DNA of 64,000 nt. It comes from Botryllus schlosseri (Eukaryota). Under the pieces are notes generated by a model. That model searched no databases, had not been told where the DNA came from, and saw only the letters and a program-made list of their open reading frames with translations. The DNA is taken from contig CM119371.1 in assembly GCA_051294905.1 (NCBI GenBank), positions 10,914,001 through 10,978,000 on the forward strand. The letters run 5' to 3'. Shown piece after piece: positions 53,020 to 64,000 of this stretch (position 1 is the first letter of the stretch; each line of letters starts with the position of its first letter). Position numbers and translations under genes: made by a program.

Positions 53020-55328
53020 CAGTGATGAGCGGAGTCTGCTTTTCGAGACTCCGAGTCCCTCCGACAACTTTGGTCTCTGAGGCAAAGTCCCTCCGACTCC
53101 GGGGATCTCAATCCCAGACTCCGAGATAACCCGAAGAATCTTGTCCAGTCCCCGAAATATATTCAGACCATTGTCGAAGAATCCCAATCGATGTTTTCGA
53201 TAGCCTGTCTGATATTCATACCAGTGTTTTTAGTATCTGTGAATTGCCGAACAGTCGCCACATTACTTCTGAGAGTCAAGTTCTCTCCAACAAAATGGAC
53301 AGTCAAGCTAATAGAACTGCGACCCTTTAGATCGGTCCACATATCTGTGGTGATGCCAGCCAGCCCATAACACTTGATAGCAACTCTTAGTTCCTCTGAC
53401 AGCTTCTGCTTCAAAGATGAAGCCTCCTCATCGAACTTACGTTTCACCGTAAATCTGGATGGCAAAACGTCTTCTGCACAACACCACGGCAAACCGGCAC
53501 TTCTTCGGTATTCTCCACCCGGCGATCAGTGTTCCCCATGATCACCTTCTCCTTTGATTACTCGCTTACTTGCATTTCAACTGCGATCAATTCTTCTTAC
53601 AAGCTTCGATATGTCTTCGAAGATGCGACGTACCACTTGTCAACTTGTGATGCTTTAGCTGAACATTGCAATTTTGACATCTCGCAAACCCAGTATACTG
53701 GCCGTTATTATCATGCAGCATCAGAGTGAAATCCTTCCACACGTCACTCTTTTTCTGCGTCTTAGTGAGTAACCCACTTGACGTCGACGGTGCTTCAGCC
53801 ATTATATTAAAACGACGAAGGAAGACCAGTCAGATCGAACTAACTACCACTAACACCACTGAAATCGACGATCACATCACAGGTTTCAGTAAATTAAGTT
53901 CCGCATCGCCATGAAACAGTTTATGGAACTGCACTGCACTAAACATACATGATGCATCACTGACGCACCGATCGACGCTCCTTGGAGTTGACTAAATGAC
54001 TAGTGACTTCCAATTTTGAAGCTGATATATGATATCTGGAATTTGGAGTCTGAGACAGACCAGCAGCAGAAACTTGATTGTGGTGCTGATTTTTCTTATC
54101 ACATCAAAGTCATTTCTCAATCAAACCAAACATTACATGACGAAAATTCAGAAGAGTTCTGGATGACTGACTACGTCAATCAATATTGAAGGAAGCGTAG
54201 TTGAGTTGATGCGAGCAGTGCAAAGCAGACGGTTGTAGTTATTTAGTGTGGCTGTTCAGAAATTCGGAATATTCTGTTTTTACAGGGTAAGATCAGCTTA
54301 CCTTAGTGAATTATGTATTGTTGAAATCTTTAAAGCGGGCTTAGATGCTGGTATGCCTCTGTGAGCGGATCTTACTAGCGAAAATTCGTCGCAATGTCAT
54401 TAAATCATGTAACACATTGCATAAGTTATTATTGTTTCCATCCAAATACTTGCTTGTTGTATGTATATTTCTCACAGATATAAAGGTAATATTGATGTAA
54501 CACTTATTATCGATATCTCTCACTGCAAATTGCAAGTACGATGAAAGTTGCGAAAAGTTATCACAAAAGTGGTATCGGATATTATCTTGTTTCAACTGAT
54601 ACCAACGTTGGGAATACATTTTCACAAAATGGACCTATTACTATATTGAATGTCATCAGGATAATGGGATATATTCCGTTATGATCATGAACTTGCTGGA
54701 AGAATCAGGGTAGCCAAAGGCTGTACCATAGGGAAGCCCCGCTGTAGGCTATGTTGCTGATTGTAAATGTTTCGCACAATTACTGGGGTAGCATGAAAAT
54801 TAGTCACGAAACAAATACGCGAGGAATATGATGTGACTATGGAAGACTGCAATGACAGCAACGTGGAAGATTCTGGAGATCTGATCTCATAATATGGTGA
54901 CATTCAGCAGTGGATTCAAAGACTGCATCTCAAGGCAGGGAGAAAATGATGCGCTGCGAACGATATTGGGTGTCTTCAAGTTTGTGAACTACAGACACTG
55001 CTCAGCGGAAATGCCTTGCTAGATCACTAGGTTACTCTCCAGTCCCCAATTGCAGTGCAGATGGCTGATTTTTATGCACTTGTCAATCATTTTTGCATGT
55101 TACCGGTCATATTCCAACTTTACAAGGTGTCAACTGTCTGTGTTTTGGTTTGTAATCAATAGTGTCTTCTGGTCAAAGCTATCGAAAGATATCGGGGGCA
55201 AAACTCACAATACTCCGTAAAACTCCGGAAAAATATCTGTTGTAAACTCCGACTCCACTCCGGGTATCACAAAATTGGCAAAACTCCGCTCCGAATCCAC
55301 TCCGACTCCGCTCCGGTGCTCATCACTG
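53020..55328 (-). mobile_element. Nested Ac/Hermes-type hAT element with truncated BED-finger transposase
   Basis: TIR CAGTGATGAGC...GCTCATCACTG; perfect TSD ctttgaat; ACTCCG subterminal repeats. Confidence 0.93.
53163..53802 (-). pseudogene. Truncated hAT transposase (BED zinc finger and first catalytic Asp region)
   Basis: SDVWKDF...ARCQNC...GTSHLRRHIEAC (BED finger), then LPSRFTV...ITTDMWTD...SLTVHF; the C-terminal part is missing. Confidence 0.88.
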
Positions 55329-56854
55329 CTTTGAATGCATTCAAAGCACTTATCATATCAGCAACAGTTTTACCTTTACCTTGCAGCTCAAAGTTCAAAC
55401 TGTTAAGTTTACCAGTAATGTCCGTTAAAAATGCAAGGTCAAATATCCACTCAGTGTCCTCCAACAGTGCGGTGTCCTCGCCTCTGCACTGCATAAACTA
55501 TTTGATCTCATCCAAAAGCGACAAAAAACGTTGCAAAATTCGCCCCCTGCTGAGCCATCGGATTTCTGTGTGCAGTAGCAGATCACCATATTCAGCTGAC
55601 AGTTCCTCCAAAAGTTTCCTAAATGTTCTGTGCTGTTTAGCTCTAGCGCGGATGCTGTTTATGATCTTTACTACGGGAGTCATTACGTGCTGAAAGCAGA
55701 TTACCTTTGCACATAAGGCCTGCTGGTGTATGATGCAGTGGTACTGCAGAAAGCTTGGGAACTCCGCGTCAGCTTTACAGAGACTAACGAATCCTGTGTG
55801 CCGGCCGATCATAGCAGGTGCCCCATCCGTAGTCACAGATACCAGCTTCTCTAGCGGCACCTTTTTTTTCATCAAAAAATCCTTCAATGCTTATAAATAT
55901 CAACTCCCTTCGTAGTTGTCTTCAGGGGCAGTAGTGTTAAAAGATCTTCTTTTGTGGAGAAATCCTCAAACACCATCCGGTAGTTAGCATCGTAGCCTGT
56001 ATGGCACGTGGTGAAATGTCTCTCCACATTGTGACGTTTTGCTGTTGCCACATTTGCCCCGCAAATCAAACATACGCATGATCCTTTCACAGTAGTAAAA
56101 AAAAAAATCCACCTCCCATCCGTCTTGAAAATGATATGTTTTCATTCTTTTTCCTGACATTTCTGCGATCGCTAACATTAGCTTGTTTGTAAAGGCCGTA
56201 TCACACGAGCTGTGCCGGCTTTGTCAGCGTTGCGATCGCCGGCTTCGGGATTGGGCATTGTTAAGTCAGAATGACCTTGGTAGGTATATGTTGCCAAAGA
56301 GTCTCGAAAGGATTTGATTGGCAAGCGAATCCACTTGTCGAGCATTATACCGGGCAGTGACAACTATTACAGAAAATGAGAAACACGGCTATCTGCTACC
56401 GAATAGTAATGCCATTTGCTCATGTGTCATTGTTCTGGATGTCCACTGTCCAGCTTCACCACCGACATTTCAAGAAGACCGTGGATAGCATTCCGCCATA
56501 TGTCGCCTGTATAGGTAGTGCTCAGCGCTCAGTCTTCGATATTTTGTGATTCGATTAGGCTACATGTTGGTATATTACTAGTTGTAATTGGGGATATTTG
56601 CTATCATCATTTTAAGTGTTTATATATATGTATTGTCATTTCCAAGTCACATGTTATAGTGTGATTTAAACAACAATAGCTAAATCACTCAATTTATCTA
56701 TTTAAAAGCTCACTGGTGATAATCTGACGAATATTGGCAAATGCTGCTATTCGATCTATTTTCAGAACAGGCTCGCGGGCACCACATCTGGTCCTCGCGG
56801 GCTACCTGGTGCCCGCGGGCACCGGGTTGGTGACCCCTGTTCTACGGTAATTGC

Positions 56855-57221
56855 TAGGGCAAGTTTTTGCAACTTTTTCAACTTTTTTCTACAGCTTCCG
56901 GCAGCTTCCTAAATACTCGTAAGATATGTAGAATGTTGTTTTAAGCTGTTTGAAGGAATCTTATAGTGCATCTTTTTGCAACTTTTTCGATTTTTCATGA
57001 AAGTATTTTCAATTTCGGTGAAATACATGGCCAAATTCGACTGAAACACCGTAAATCATCGTCGAAGTACGGGTATTTCGGGAGGTGAGCCGGTAAATTG
57101 AGCTTTTTTTTAGTCAACCGAGCAAAATGTGGTCTTTTAGTGCAACTTTTGCAACTTTTGTCAAAAATAAATAAATAAATGCAACTTTTCGCGGATTTAA
57201 CTGCAACAAAAACTTGCCCTT
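56855..57221. mobile_element. Non-autonomous TIR element
   Basis: TAGGGCAAGTTTTTG...CAAAAACTTGCCCTT; TGCAACTT repeats. Confidence 0.7.
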
Positions 57222-57494
57222 GATTACTTTCAGATTATTTACGTAACTTCGCATTGGATTTGTATCTTGTGTTGATATGGCAGAAAACTTTTCAAGTAAC
57301 AACCTATACAGCTATATATCAAAGTATTATCAACTGACAATCAACAATGTACCCTAAATATTCAGAAAAATTTAATGAAATGAAATAGTAAAAGTCTTAT
57401 CGCACGTAATCAAGTAAAATCGTTGTCAATTATCCTTCCACCCATCCGTACGGCTATAAATAAATTGACGGTTATCGAAGATATTTCAGGCTAC

Positions 57495-57706
57495 CTTTAA
57501 GAACACAGCTGTACTTGACGTTCCAAACCCTGTCTGGACCATTTTCGCAATCATTGTAGAATTGATCCAGTATATCGCAGGAGTTCTTTTTCTGACATTC
57601 ACTATCAACTTCGGCATAGAAATCCGTTAAAGAATCACAGTCTTCGTTATTCTTCTTCTCTTTATTATTCCTTCCTTCATTATTCTTTTCTTTATTCTTC
57701 CTGCAC
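57495..57706 (-). CDS. Gene B exon: C-terminal half of a divergent SUEL-like domain
   Basis: cttatag|G TGC...AAA G|gtag, same phases (2,1) as gene A exon 3; CRKNKEKNNEGRNNKEKKNNEDCDSLTDFYAEVDSECQKKNSCDILDQFYNDCENGPDRVWNVKYSCVLK has six Cys aligning with gene A exon 3. Confidence 0.7.
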
Positions 57707-57752
57707 CTATAAGAGTACATATTTAGATTTCTTGCGGTGTATATACAATTAC

Positions 57753-57899
57753 CATACTCCGTACGTCGATACGTGACTAATCTTGCAAAAAACTTTTTTT
57801 CCACATTTTAATTGATCTGTTTTTCTATTTTCACATTCAATACGTTCGATCCGGGTTTCCATGATTTAATTTTACCCAGTGATTGCTCATCAGTAAAAT
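57753..57899 (-). pseudogene. Gene B exon: N-terminal half of SUEL-like domain, apparently frameshifted near its 5' end
   Basis: From ATG 57862: METRIERIECENRKTDQLKCGKKVFCKISHVSTYGVW|gtaatt (CE...L.C...I....YG). The frame opened by the acceptor at 57899 does not join this frame without an indel. Confidence 0.55.
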
Positions 57900-58049
57900 C
57901 TGTACAGAAAGTGAAAGTTGAACAGTATTAAAAATTAAGGTTCTGTTTCGTGTGAACACTTGTATAAAAGGTTCGCTGCGAACTCGAACGTACCCACGAA
58001 CATAGTGTCCGTTGCCGTCACAATGCAGACACACAAATGACTTAACCTG

Positions 58050-58740
58050 TTTGCGAATCTGTCTGTATATCATATTACTGGAGTGATGGTCATATCGACC
58101 GTTAACGCTACTCCCGCGGTCGGCCTCCAGTTCAAATTTCAATGCATCAACCAAAAAGTTCCTAAAATGCGACGCACGTGGCTTGCACCGACGCCCAATA
58201 TATCGCTGTAATCGGAAAAAGTGGCCTCACCGACTGAGCTACTCGGACAGCTCACATTCACGTAAAGGTGCTGGTAGTATGTGAAGTCTACACGATTTTT
58301 TGAAAATAAGAGACGTTTGCTTGTCGGTTTCATCTGACGTCGTACATAGTCCTTCTCTTGGTAAATGACCACGTGGCAGACTTTTACGAACTACATATTT
58401 TATTAGTTGGTCAACTAAGTAACGGTTTTTCGAGTAGTTCTATTTCAAGTTCTAGTTGCTGATTGAGTAAATTGAGTAGTTGTATTTCTAGTCCTAGTTG
58501 CGGATTTTGAAAAGTGATTAGTTGTAGTTCCAGTTGTGGAATTTAAAAACTGAATAGTTCTAATTGCATATTTTGAAAATTGAGTAGTTCTCTTTCTAGT
58601 AAAACACTTGAAAAAAATATCAGTTGCCGGACAACTAGAAAAAACCTGTTGTCGTTTTTGGCTAATTGAGATGCCAGTGATCTGTTGAGCGATGTTTGTG
58701 CAATGTAGAGTCATTGCTCGCGCAGAGCAATCAGTGATAA
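58050..58740 (-). pseudogene. Stop-riddled remnant with Cys-rich segment, Thr-rich repeats, eroded hydrophobic segment and Tyr-motif tail
   Basis: ORFs 58714-58445 and 58372-58139 are in the same frame: ...TTQFTQSATRT*...FVKVCHVVIYQEK...HLYVNV...SDYSDI; a shifted frame continues with GRYDHH and NMIYRQI. Confidence 0.35.
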
Positions 58741-60147
58741 CAGTGGCGTATCCAGCGAGTGGCTTTTGGGGGTCGGAATTTCTCCCATTTCAAACCCTAC
58801 ACCCCGTTCTTTTGAAATGTCGATTCAATGTCTGATATTTCCGATAAAATAGAAACTAATCTGTTGACTAGGAGAATGAAATTCAGCTGTAGACAGTTCT
58901 TAACCATTAATGACTTGGACACCCCTTCGTCACATATGGGCAACTATTTTCCTGAGAATGACAGGCAGGAAATACGTGGGCGAGATTAGTGTCAAGTTTG
59001 CACTATATTCTGCGGTCTATAATTCATAATAATTTATAACTTGAAAGCAATGAATTAGGTGGTTAACACAAGCTTCGGGGTGGATGTGTTATAATCAGGC
59101 GATTAGGAATTTAGAGTTAACATACAAAAATAACATTTATCCCACGTAATTATTCAAAACAATCGTAAACAAGAAACATTATTAACTCTTTTTAATCACA
59201 CTAACCCCTTAACACGGCCATCTATCTCCCACCAAAATACATGGTATTTTGCAGCTTACTCACTATCCCTAGCGGTGTGTAGCGTGGTAAAATCGTCTTG
59301 TTGTTTTGGTAATTTCGCTGGTAGGTTTTTCTGAATTCGTCTTCTCGCAGCCTCAGCCGATGACTGCATTCTCATGTTATAACCCCGACTTTAATTAACC
59401 AATATTATATCGACTTCAATTTGAATATAGATTACGCCAGGGATCGGTTACCATGGTACGCGTGCCAAAATTGGCACGCAAGATGATTATTCATGACACG
59501 CAAAATGATACCAATTGCTGCGCTGCAAATAATTCACAATCGCCATTTGAGAAAAACAGGGCTCCGACATCGTCCAACGTCATCTACGTACGCCACAGCA
59601 CACAACGTACCACCATAATAAAAATTCACCATTCGACTGCTGATCCTGACTTATTGCGTGTAACCAATGACGGCATTGACTGGTTTGCCATGCAAATATT
59701 ATATATGTATAAGATCAGTGTGTTTCGTTATCTCCGGGGATCCCTTGGGACTGGCGTAAGGACCCCAGGAGTGCCCGGAAACACTGGTTGAGAACAACCG
59801 GTATTGATGAATGAATATTCGTTGTCTTGGTGGATGGGAAAAGTCACTCTTTCCGCTAAGAATATGGTTCTATTCTTGTAATTGCCCAGTGTGACATTTA
59901 CGGAATATGTGCCAGTATGGCGTGATACAAGGCCTGTAGTTAATGCGAGCGACACGGATAAGTTTTACCAGATACTGCATAAGTGCTTCCAGCGATAAGA
60001 AAGGCAACTGAAAAAATGATTGTCCTTCTAATTATTAAAGTTCTTCTGAGAGCTATTTACTGTGACGTATTCTCACTCACAGGAGCGGTTTTGCTGTCTG
60101 AAATTGCGTACACTAACCAGGCCATATACATATCCAGGGTGCCAAAC

Positions 60148-60345
60148 AGAGTTGGATCAATTACATTATTTCAGTTCAATTACAATTACAATTACAATTA
60201 CTTTCATGCATGTTTCAATTACATTACAATTACTTCATGCTAAAAATATCAAATTACAATTACAATTACAATTACTCCTTGCATGCTTCAATTAAATTAC
60301 AATTACAATTGCAATTGCTGCTGTTGAACATGTAATTGAATAATC
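60148..60345. repeat. (AATTAC)n array, probably the subterminal region of an older TIR element
   Basis: Repeated caattacaattac; a degenerate inverse end near 62979-63016 suggests hAT copy 2 sits inside this element. Confidence 0.6.
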
Positions 60346-60465
60346 ATAAATTCAACCGTGCTCCTTGACAACCGTAGCGTCGTAATTAACAACAATTCAA
60401 GTCTAGTTCAGATTGTGTAGTAATGAATGCGTTTATGTGCGTACATGGTATGCTATAGTATATAG

Positions 60466-62897
60466 CAGGGGTCACCAACCCGGTGCCCGCGGACACCAGG
60501 TAGCCCGCGAGGACCAGATGTGGTGCCCGCGAGCCTGTTCTGAAAATAGATCGAATAGCAGCATTTGCCAATATTCGTCAGATTATCACCAGTGAGCTTT
60601 TAAATAGATAAATTGAGTGATTTAGCTATTGTTGTTTAAATCACACTATAACATGTGACTTGGAAATGACAATACATATATATAAACACTTAAAATGATG
60701 ATAGCAAATATCCCCAATTACAACTAGTAATATACCAACATGTAGCCTAATCGAATCACAAAATATCGAAGACTGAGCACTGAGCACTACCTATACAGGC
60801 GACATATGGCGGAATGCTATCCACGGTCTTCTTGAAATGTCGGTGGTGAAGCTGGACAGTGGACATCCAGAACAATGACACATGAGCAAATGGCATTACT
60901 ATTCGGTAGCAGATAGCCGTGTTTCTCATTTTCTGTAATAGTTGTCACTGCCCGGTATAATGCTCGACAAGTGGATTCGCTTGCCAATCAAATCCTTTCG
61001 AGACTCTTTGGCAACATATACCTACCAAGGTCATTCTGACTTAACAATGCCCAATCCCGAAGCCGGCGATCGCAACGCTGACAAAGCCGGCACAGCTCGT
61101 GTGATACGGCCTTTACAAACAAGCTAATGTTAGCGATCGCAGAAATGTCAGGAAAAAGAATGAAAACATATCATTTTCAAGACGGATGGGAGGTGGATTT
61201 TTTTTTTACTACTGTGAAAGGATCATGCGTATGTTTGATTTGCGGGGCAAATGTGGCAACAGCAAAACGTCACAATGTGGAGAGACATTTCACCACGTGC
61301 CATACAGGCTACGATGCTAACTACCGGATGGTGTTTGAGGATTTCTCCACAAAAGAAGATCTTTTAACACTACTGCCCCTGAAGACAACTACGAAGGGAG
61401 TTGATATTTATAAGCATTGAAGGATTTTTTGATGAAAAAAAAGGTGCCGCTAGAGAAGCTGGTATCTGTGACTACGGATGGGGCACCTGCTATGATCGGC
61501 CGGCACACAGGATTCGTTAGTCTCTGTAAAGCTGACGCGGAGTTCCCAAGCTTTCTGCAGTACCACTGCATCATACACCAGCAGGCCTTATGTGCAAAGG
61601 TAATCTGCTTTCAGCACGTAATGACTCCCGTAGTAAAGATCATAAACAGCATCCGCGCTAGAGCTAAACAGCACAGAACATTTAAGAAACTTTTGGAGGA
61701 ACTGTCAGCTGAATATGGTGATCTGCTACTGCACACAGAAATCCGATGGCTCAGCAGGGGGCGAATTTTGCAACGTTTTTTGTCGCTTTTGGATGAGATC
61801 AAATAGTTTATGCAGTGCAGAGGCGAGGACACCGCACTGTTGGAGGACACTGAGTGGATACTTGACCTTGCATTTTTAACGGACATTACTGGTAAACTTA
61901 ACAGTTTGAACTTTGAGCTGCAAGGTAAAGGTAAAACTGTTGCTGATATGATAAGTGCTTTGAATGCATTCAAAGCTAAGTTGAGCCTTTTCTCAGTGCA
62001 TATACAGAAGAAAAAAGTGCTGCACTTTCCATCTTTGCAGATAGTGCTGAAAGACAATGCTTCTGCATCGGGGGCTTTTGACAAAGTTGCAGGAAAGTAC
62101 TGTCAGACCATAAATAGACTTGGTCAAGAGTTTGAGAACAGGTTTTCTGACCTGTATCAGCTTGAGCCATGTGTGTCGTTCCTTTCTAATCCTTTCATGA
62201 ACGTGGACATATACATCGCTGAGCAGTTAAGTGCAACATTGAGCATGGATGCTGAACAGTTAGAGATTGAAATTGTTACACTGCAAAGTGACGTCCACCT
62301 CAAAGCCCACTAGGCTGCAGCAAACTTTTGGTGCCTTGTTGACACGGAAAAGTACAGTGGTGTATGCGCAGCAGCTATGAAGGTTGCAAGCATGTTTGGT
62401 TCAACTTATCGTTGTGAATCAGCCTTCTCGGACATGAACTTTATCAAAAACAAGCACAGAACACGCCTCACTGATGCACATCTGGAAGACTCACTCAGAG
62501 TAGCAGTTTCAAGTTACATACCAGAGTACAGCGCAATAGCTGATAACATGCAATGCCAGCCTTCCCACTGACTGATATAAATAGAGATAACAAGATGTCC
62601 ACTGTCCAGTCCAAAGTTGACTTGATTTGAGTTGACTGTTGCATTATTTATACAAATAGGTGCTATGGTGCTAAGTAATTCATAATTTCTTAATAAATGC
62701 CAGTGAAGAGCTAGTTGAAATGAGATGTTTTGATTTTACAAGACTGTCTTGGAAAGAAGTCTTACTGCAATGTGATTACTGCCCTATGAATATCGAAGTG
62801 GAAATTCAGGAGGGTAAACGGCGGGAGTAAATGGTGCCCGTTGCATCAATCAGTATCAAAAAGTAGCTCTCGGGTGCAAAAAGGTTGGTGATCCCTG
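60466..62897 (+). mobile_element. Defective Buster/Charlie-type hAT transposon copy 2
   Basis: CAGGGGTCACCAACC...GGTTGGTGATCCCTG; perfect TSD gtatatag. Confidence 0.95.
61127..62571 (+). pseudogene. hAT transposase pseudogene of copy 2
   Basis: CLIC...ERHFTTCH finger fused by a deletion (ANYR|MVFED) to the catalytic region; frameshift at ~61415; TAG stops at 61804-61806 and 62311-62313. Confidence 0.92.
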
Positions 62898-63099
62898 GTA
62901 TATAGTATAGTATGCTATGTAAGATGTCATTGTGACGTAATATAAGCGTGTTATTTATGCTTGGTAATTATGGCTCACGTAATTGGAAATGTAAAATGTT
63001 ATTTACCCAATTTCCTATGAGTTAGGATTAAGGATAGGGCGCAGTATGTCGTTGAAAAAAGTATTATAATATATGCACGTGTTGGATTTGCGTATATAG

Positions 63100-63430
63100 C
63101 AGGGGTTCTCAGCCCTTTCTTGGCCGTGGCCCATTTTCCGGTTTAAAATTTTGCTGTGGCCCACCAGATATCGTGGAGTCATAATCCTGTTTAATGCGTG
63201 ATCATGATCATGCTGGACAGCGCCGATATGACTATTTCTCTAACTGATGATATTTAAATCTCAATTTCCCGGGATATGAAATCGCACGAAGCGCGAAAAA
63301 AAAATTCAAGTTGACTAAATATCCTCCAACAAACGACCAACGAAATAATCTTGGGCCCATTCGAGTTCTCCGAATTGGGGGTGTGGGTGCGGCAGTTACG
63401 GCCCTGGTAGATCATAAGCTAAAACTCTTA
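63100..63430. mobile_element. Left part of another hAT-like element
   Basis: CAGGGGTTCTCAGCC start with GTGGCCC motifs; the internal block ggtgcggcagttacgg also occurs at ~18610; right end not located. Confidence 0.45.
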
Positions 63431-64000
63431 AGTACATTATTTTCGTCCGCTGCTCCATTCGCGTCGCTAAACACAATGATCATATCCCCGCACTGTGTGA
63501 TTGGGACTTTAGTGATACTATTGTGGGGAATATTATAATCATTTTGGGCCAGCATCGAACAATTCATTGGTGAATGGGGTACTACAGAGAAGTGAAGAAA
63601 GATTTTTCAATATGCATGATGTACTTGGTATGTCTTGTACCAAAACAAATGAAGTTGCGATGTCAGAATATTCAATCCAATGTTACAATCAATTCCTGTG
63701 ACTCTTTCATTATGTACAATGATTTTCAGGCCGGACATTTTAAACCGACTTCAAATATTAATGCACTCCGATAAATCCTCAATCCATTAAGATTCGTTGC
63801 GGTGGTGCAGTATACCTCCGCCAGAAGTTGCTAATAATTTGCAATTATGGCTATTTTTAGCTTACAATAATACGGCCGGCCGAAGTACAGTAAATTTGTA
63901 CATCAATTGCCCTTCATTGCGAGTTCATTGCATGCCCCTTTCAACGGCATACGACATATGACCCTGCCGGAATACTTGGTTACTTCAGCATTATCTTCCA

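Larger units (their letters stand above)
52413..56178 (-). pseudogene. hAT transposase pseudogene of copy 1
   Basis: Fragments 56178-55884, 55887-55498, 55494-55329, 53019-52671, 52607-52413; two TAG stops, frameshifts, an internal deletion and the nested insertion. Confidence 0.9.
52087..56839 (-). mobile_element. Defective Buster/Charlie-type hAT transposon copy 1 (GTF2IRD2/EPM2AIP1-like transposase), with nested insertion
   Basis: TIR CAGGGGTCACCAACC at both ends; perfect TSD ttctacgg; near-identical reverse complement of 60466-62897; motifs TTDGAPAM, HCIIHQQAL, RWLSRG, FGSTYRCESAFS. Confidence 0.95.

Noticed and set aside
60942..61127. 61-aa ORF present in both hAT copies (also 56363-56178)
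   Set aside because: Identity simply reflects recent duplication of the element; no domain signal.
61611..62084. 157-aa antisense ORF (and mirror 55316-55693)
   Set aside because: Shadow frame of the transposase.

Overview
AT-rich eukaryotic (animal, invertebrate-like; a tunicate or other marine deuterostome is plausible but this is inference) genomic DNA with GT-AG introns and very dense transposon content; no rRNA, true tRNA, CRISPR or prokaryotic operon is visible. Most ORFs in the supplied track are spurious. Manual splicing gives a complete 6-exon minus-strand gene (26772->15189, 275 aa) for a type I membrane protein: signal peptide, 8-Cys SUEL/rhamnose-binding-lectin-type domain, Thr/Ser-rich stalk, TM helix, and a Tyr-motif-rich cytoplasmic tail. 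Further minus-strand pieces look related: a second SUEL exon pair (57899-57495), an intact TM+tail exon pair (40832-38485), and degraded tail/stalk remnants (~58050-58740, 42365-42646, 10191-10408). Together they suggest a birth-and-death cluster of lectin-like signalling receptors. Transposons include two near-identical inverted, defective Buster-type hAT elements (one with a nested Ac/Hermes-type hAT inserted in a 20-bp palindrome), a decayed piggyBac with TTAA TSDs, a small LTR element with a 5-bp TSD, three LINE 3' ends, a tRNA-like SINE, a foldback element and many hAT MITEs with 8-bp TSDs.
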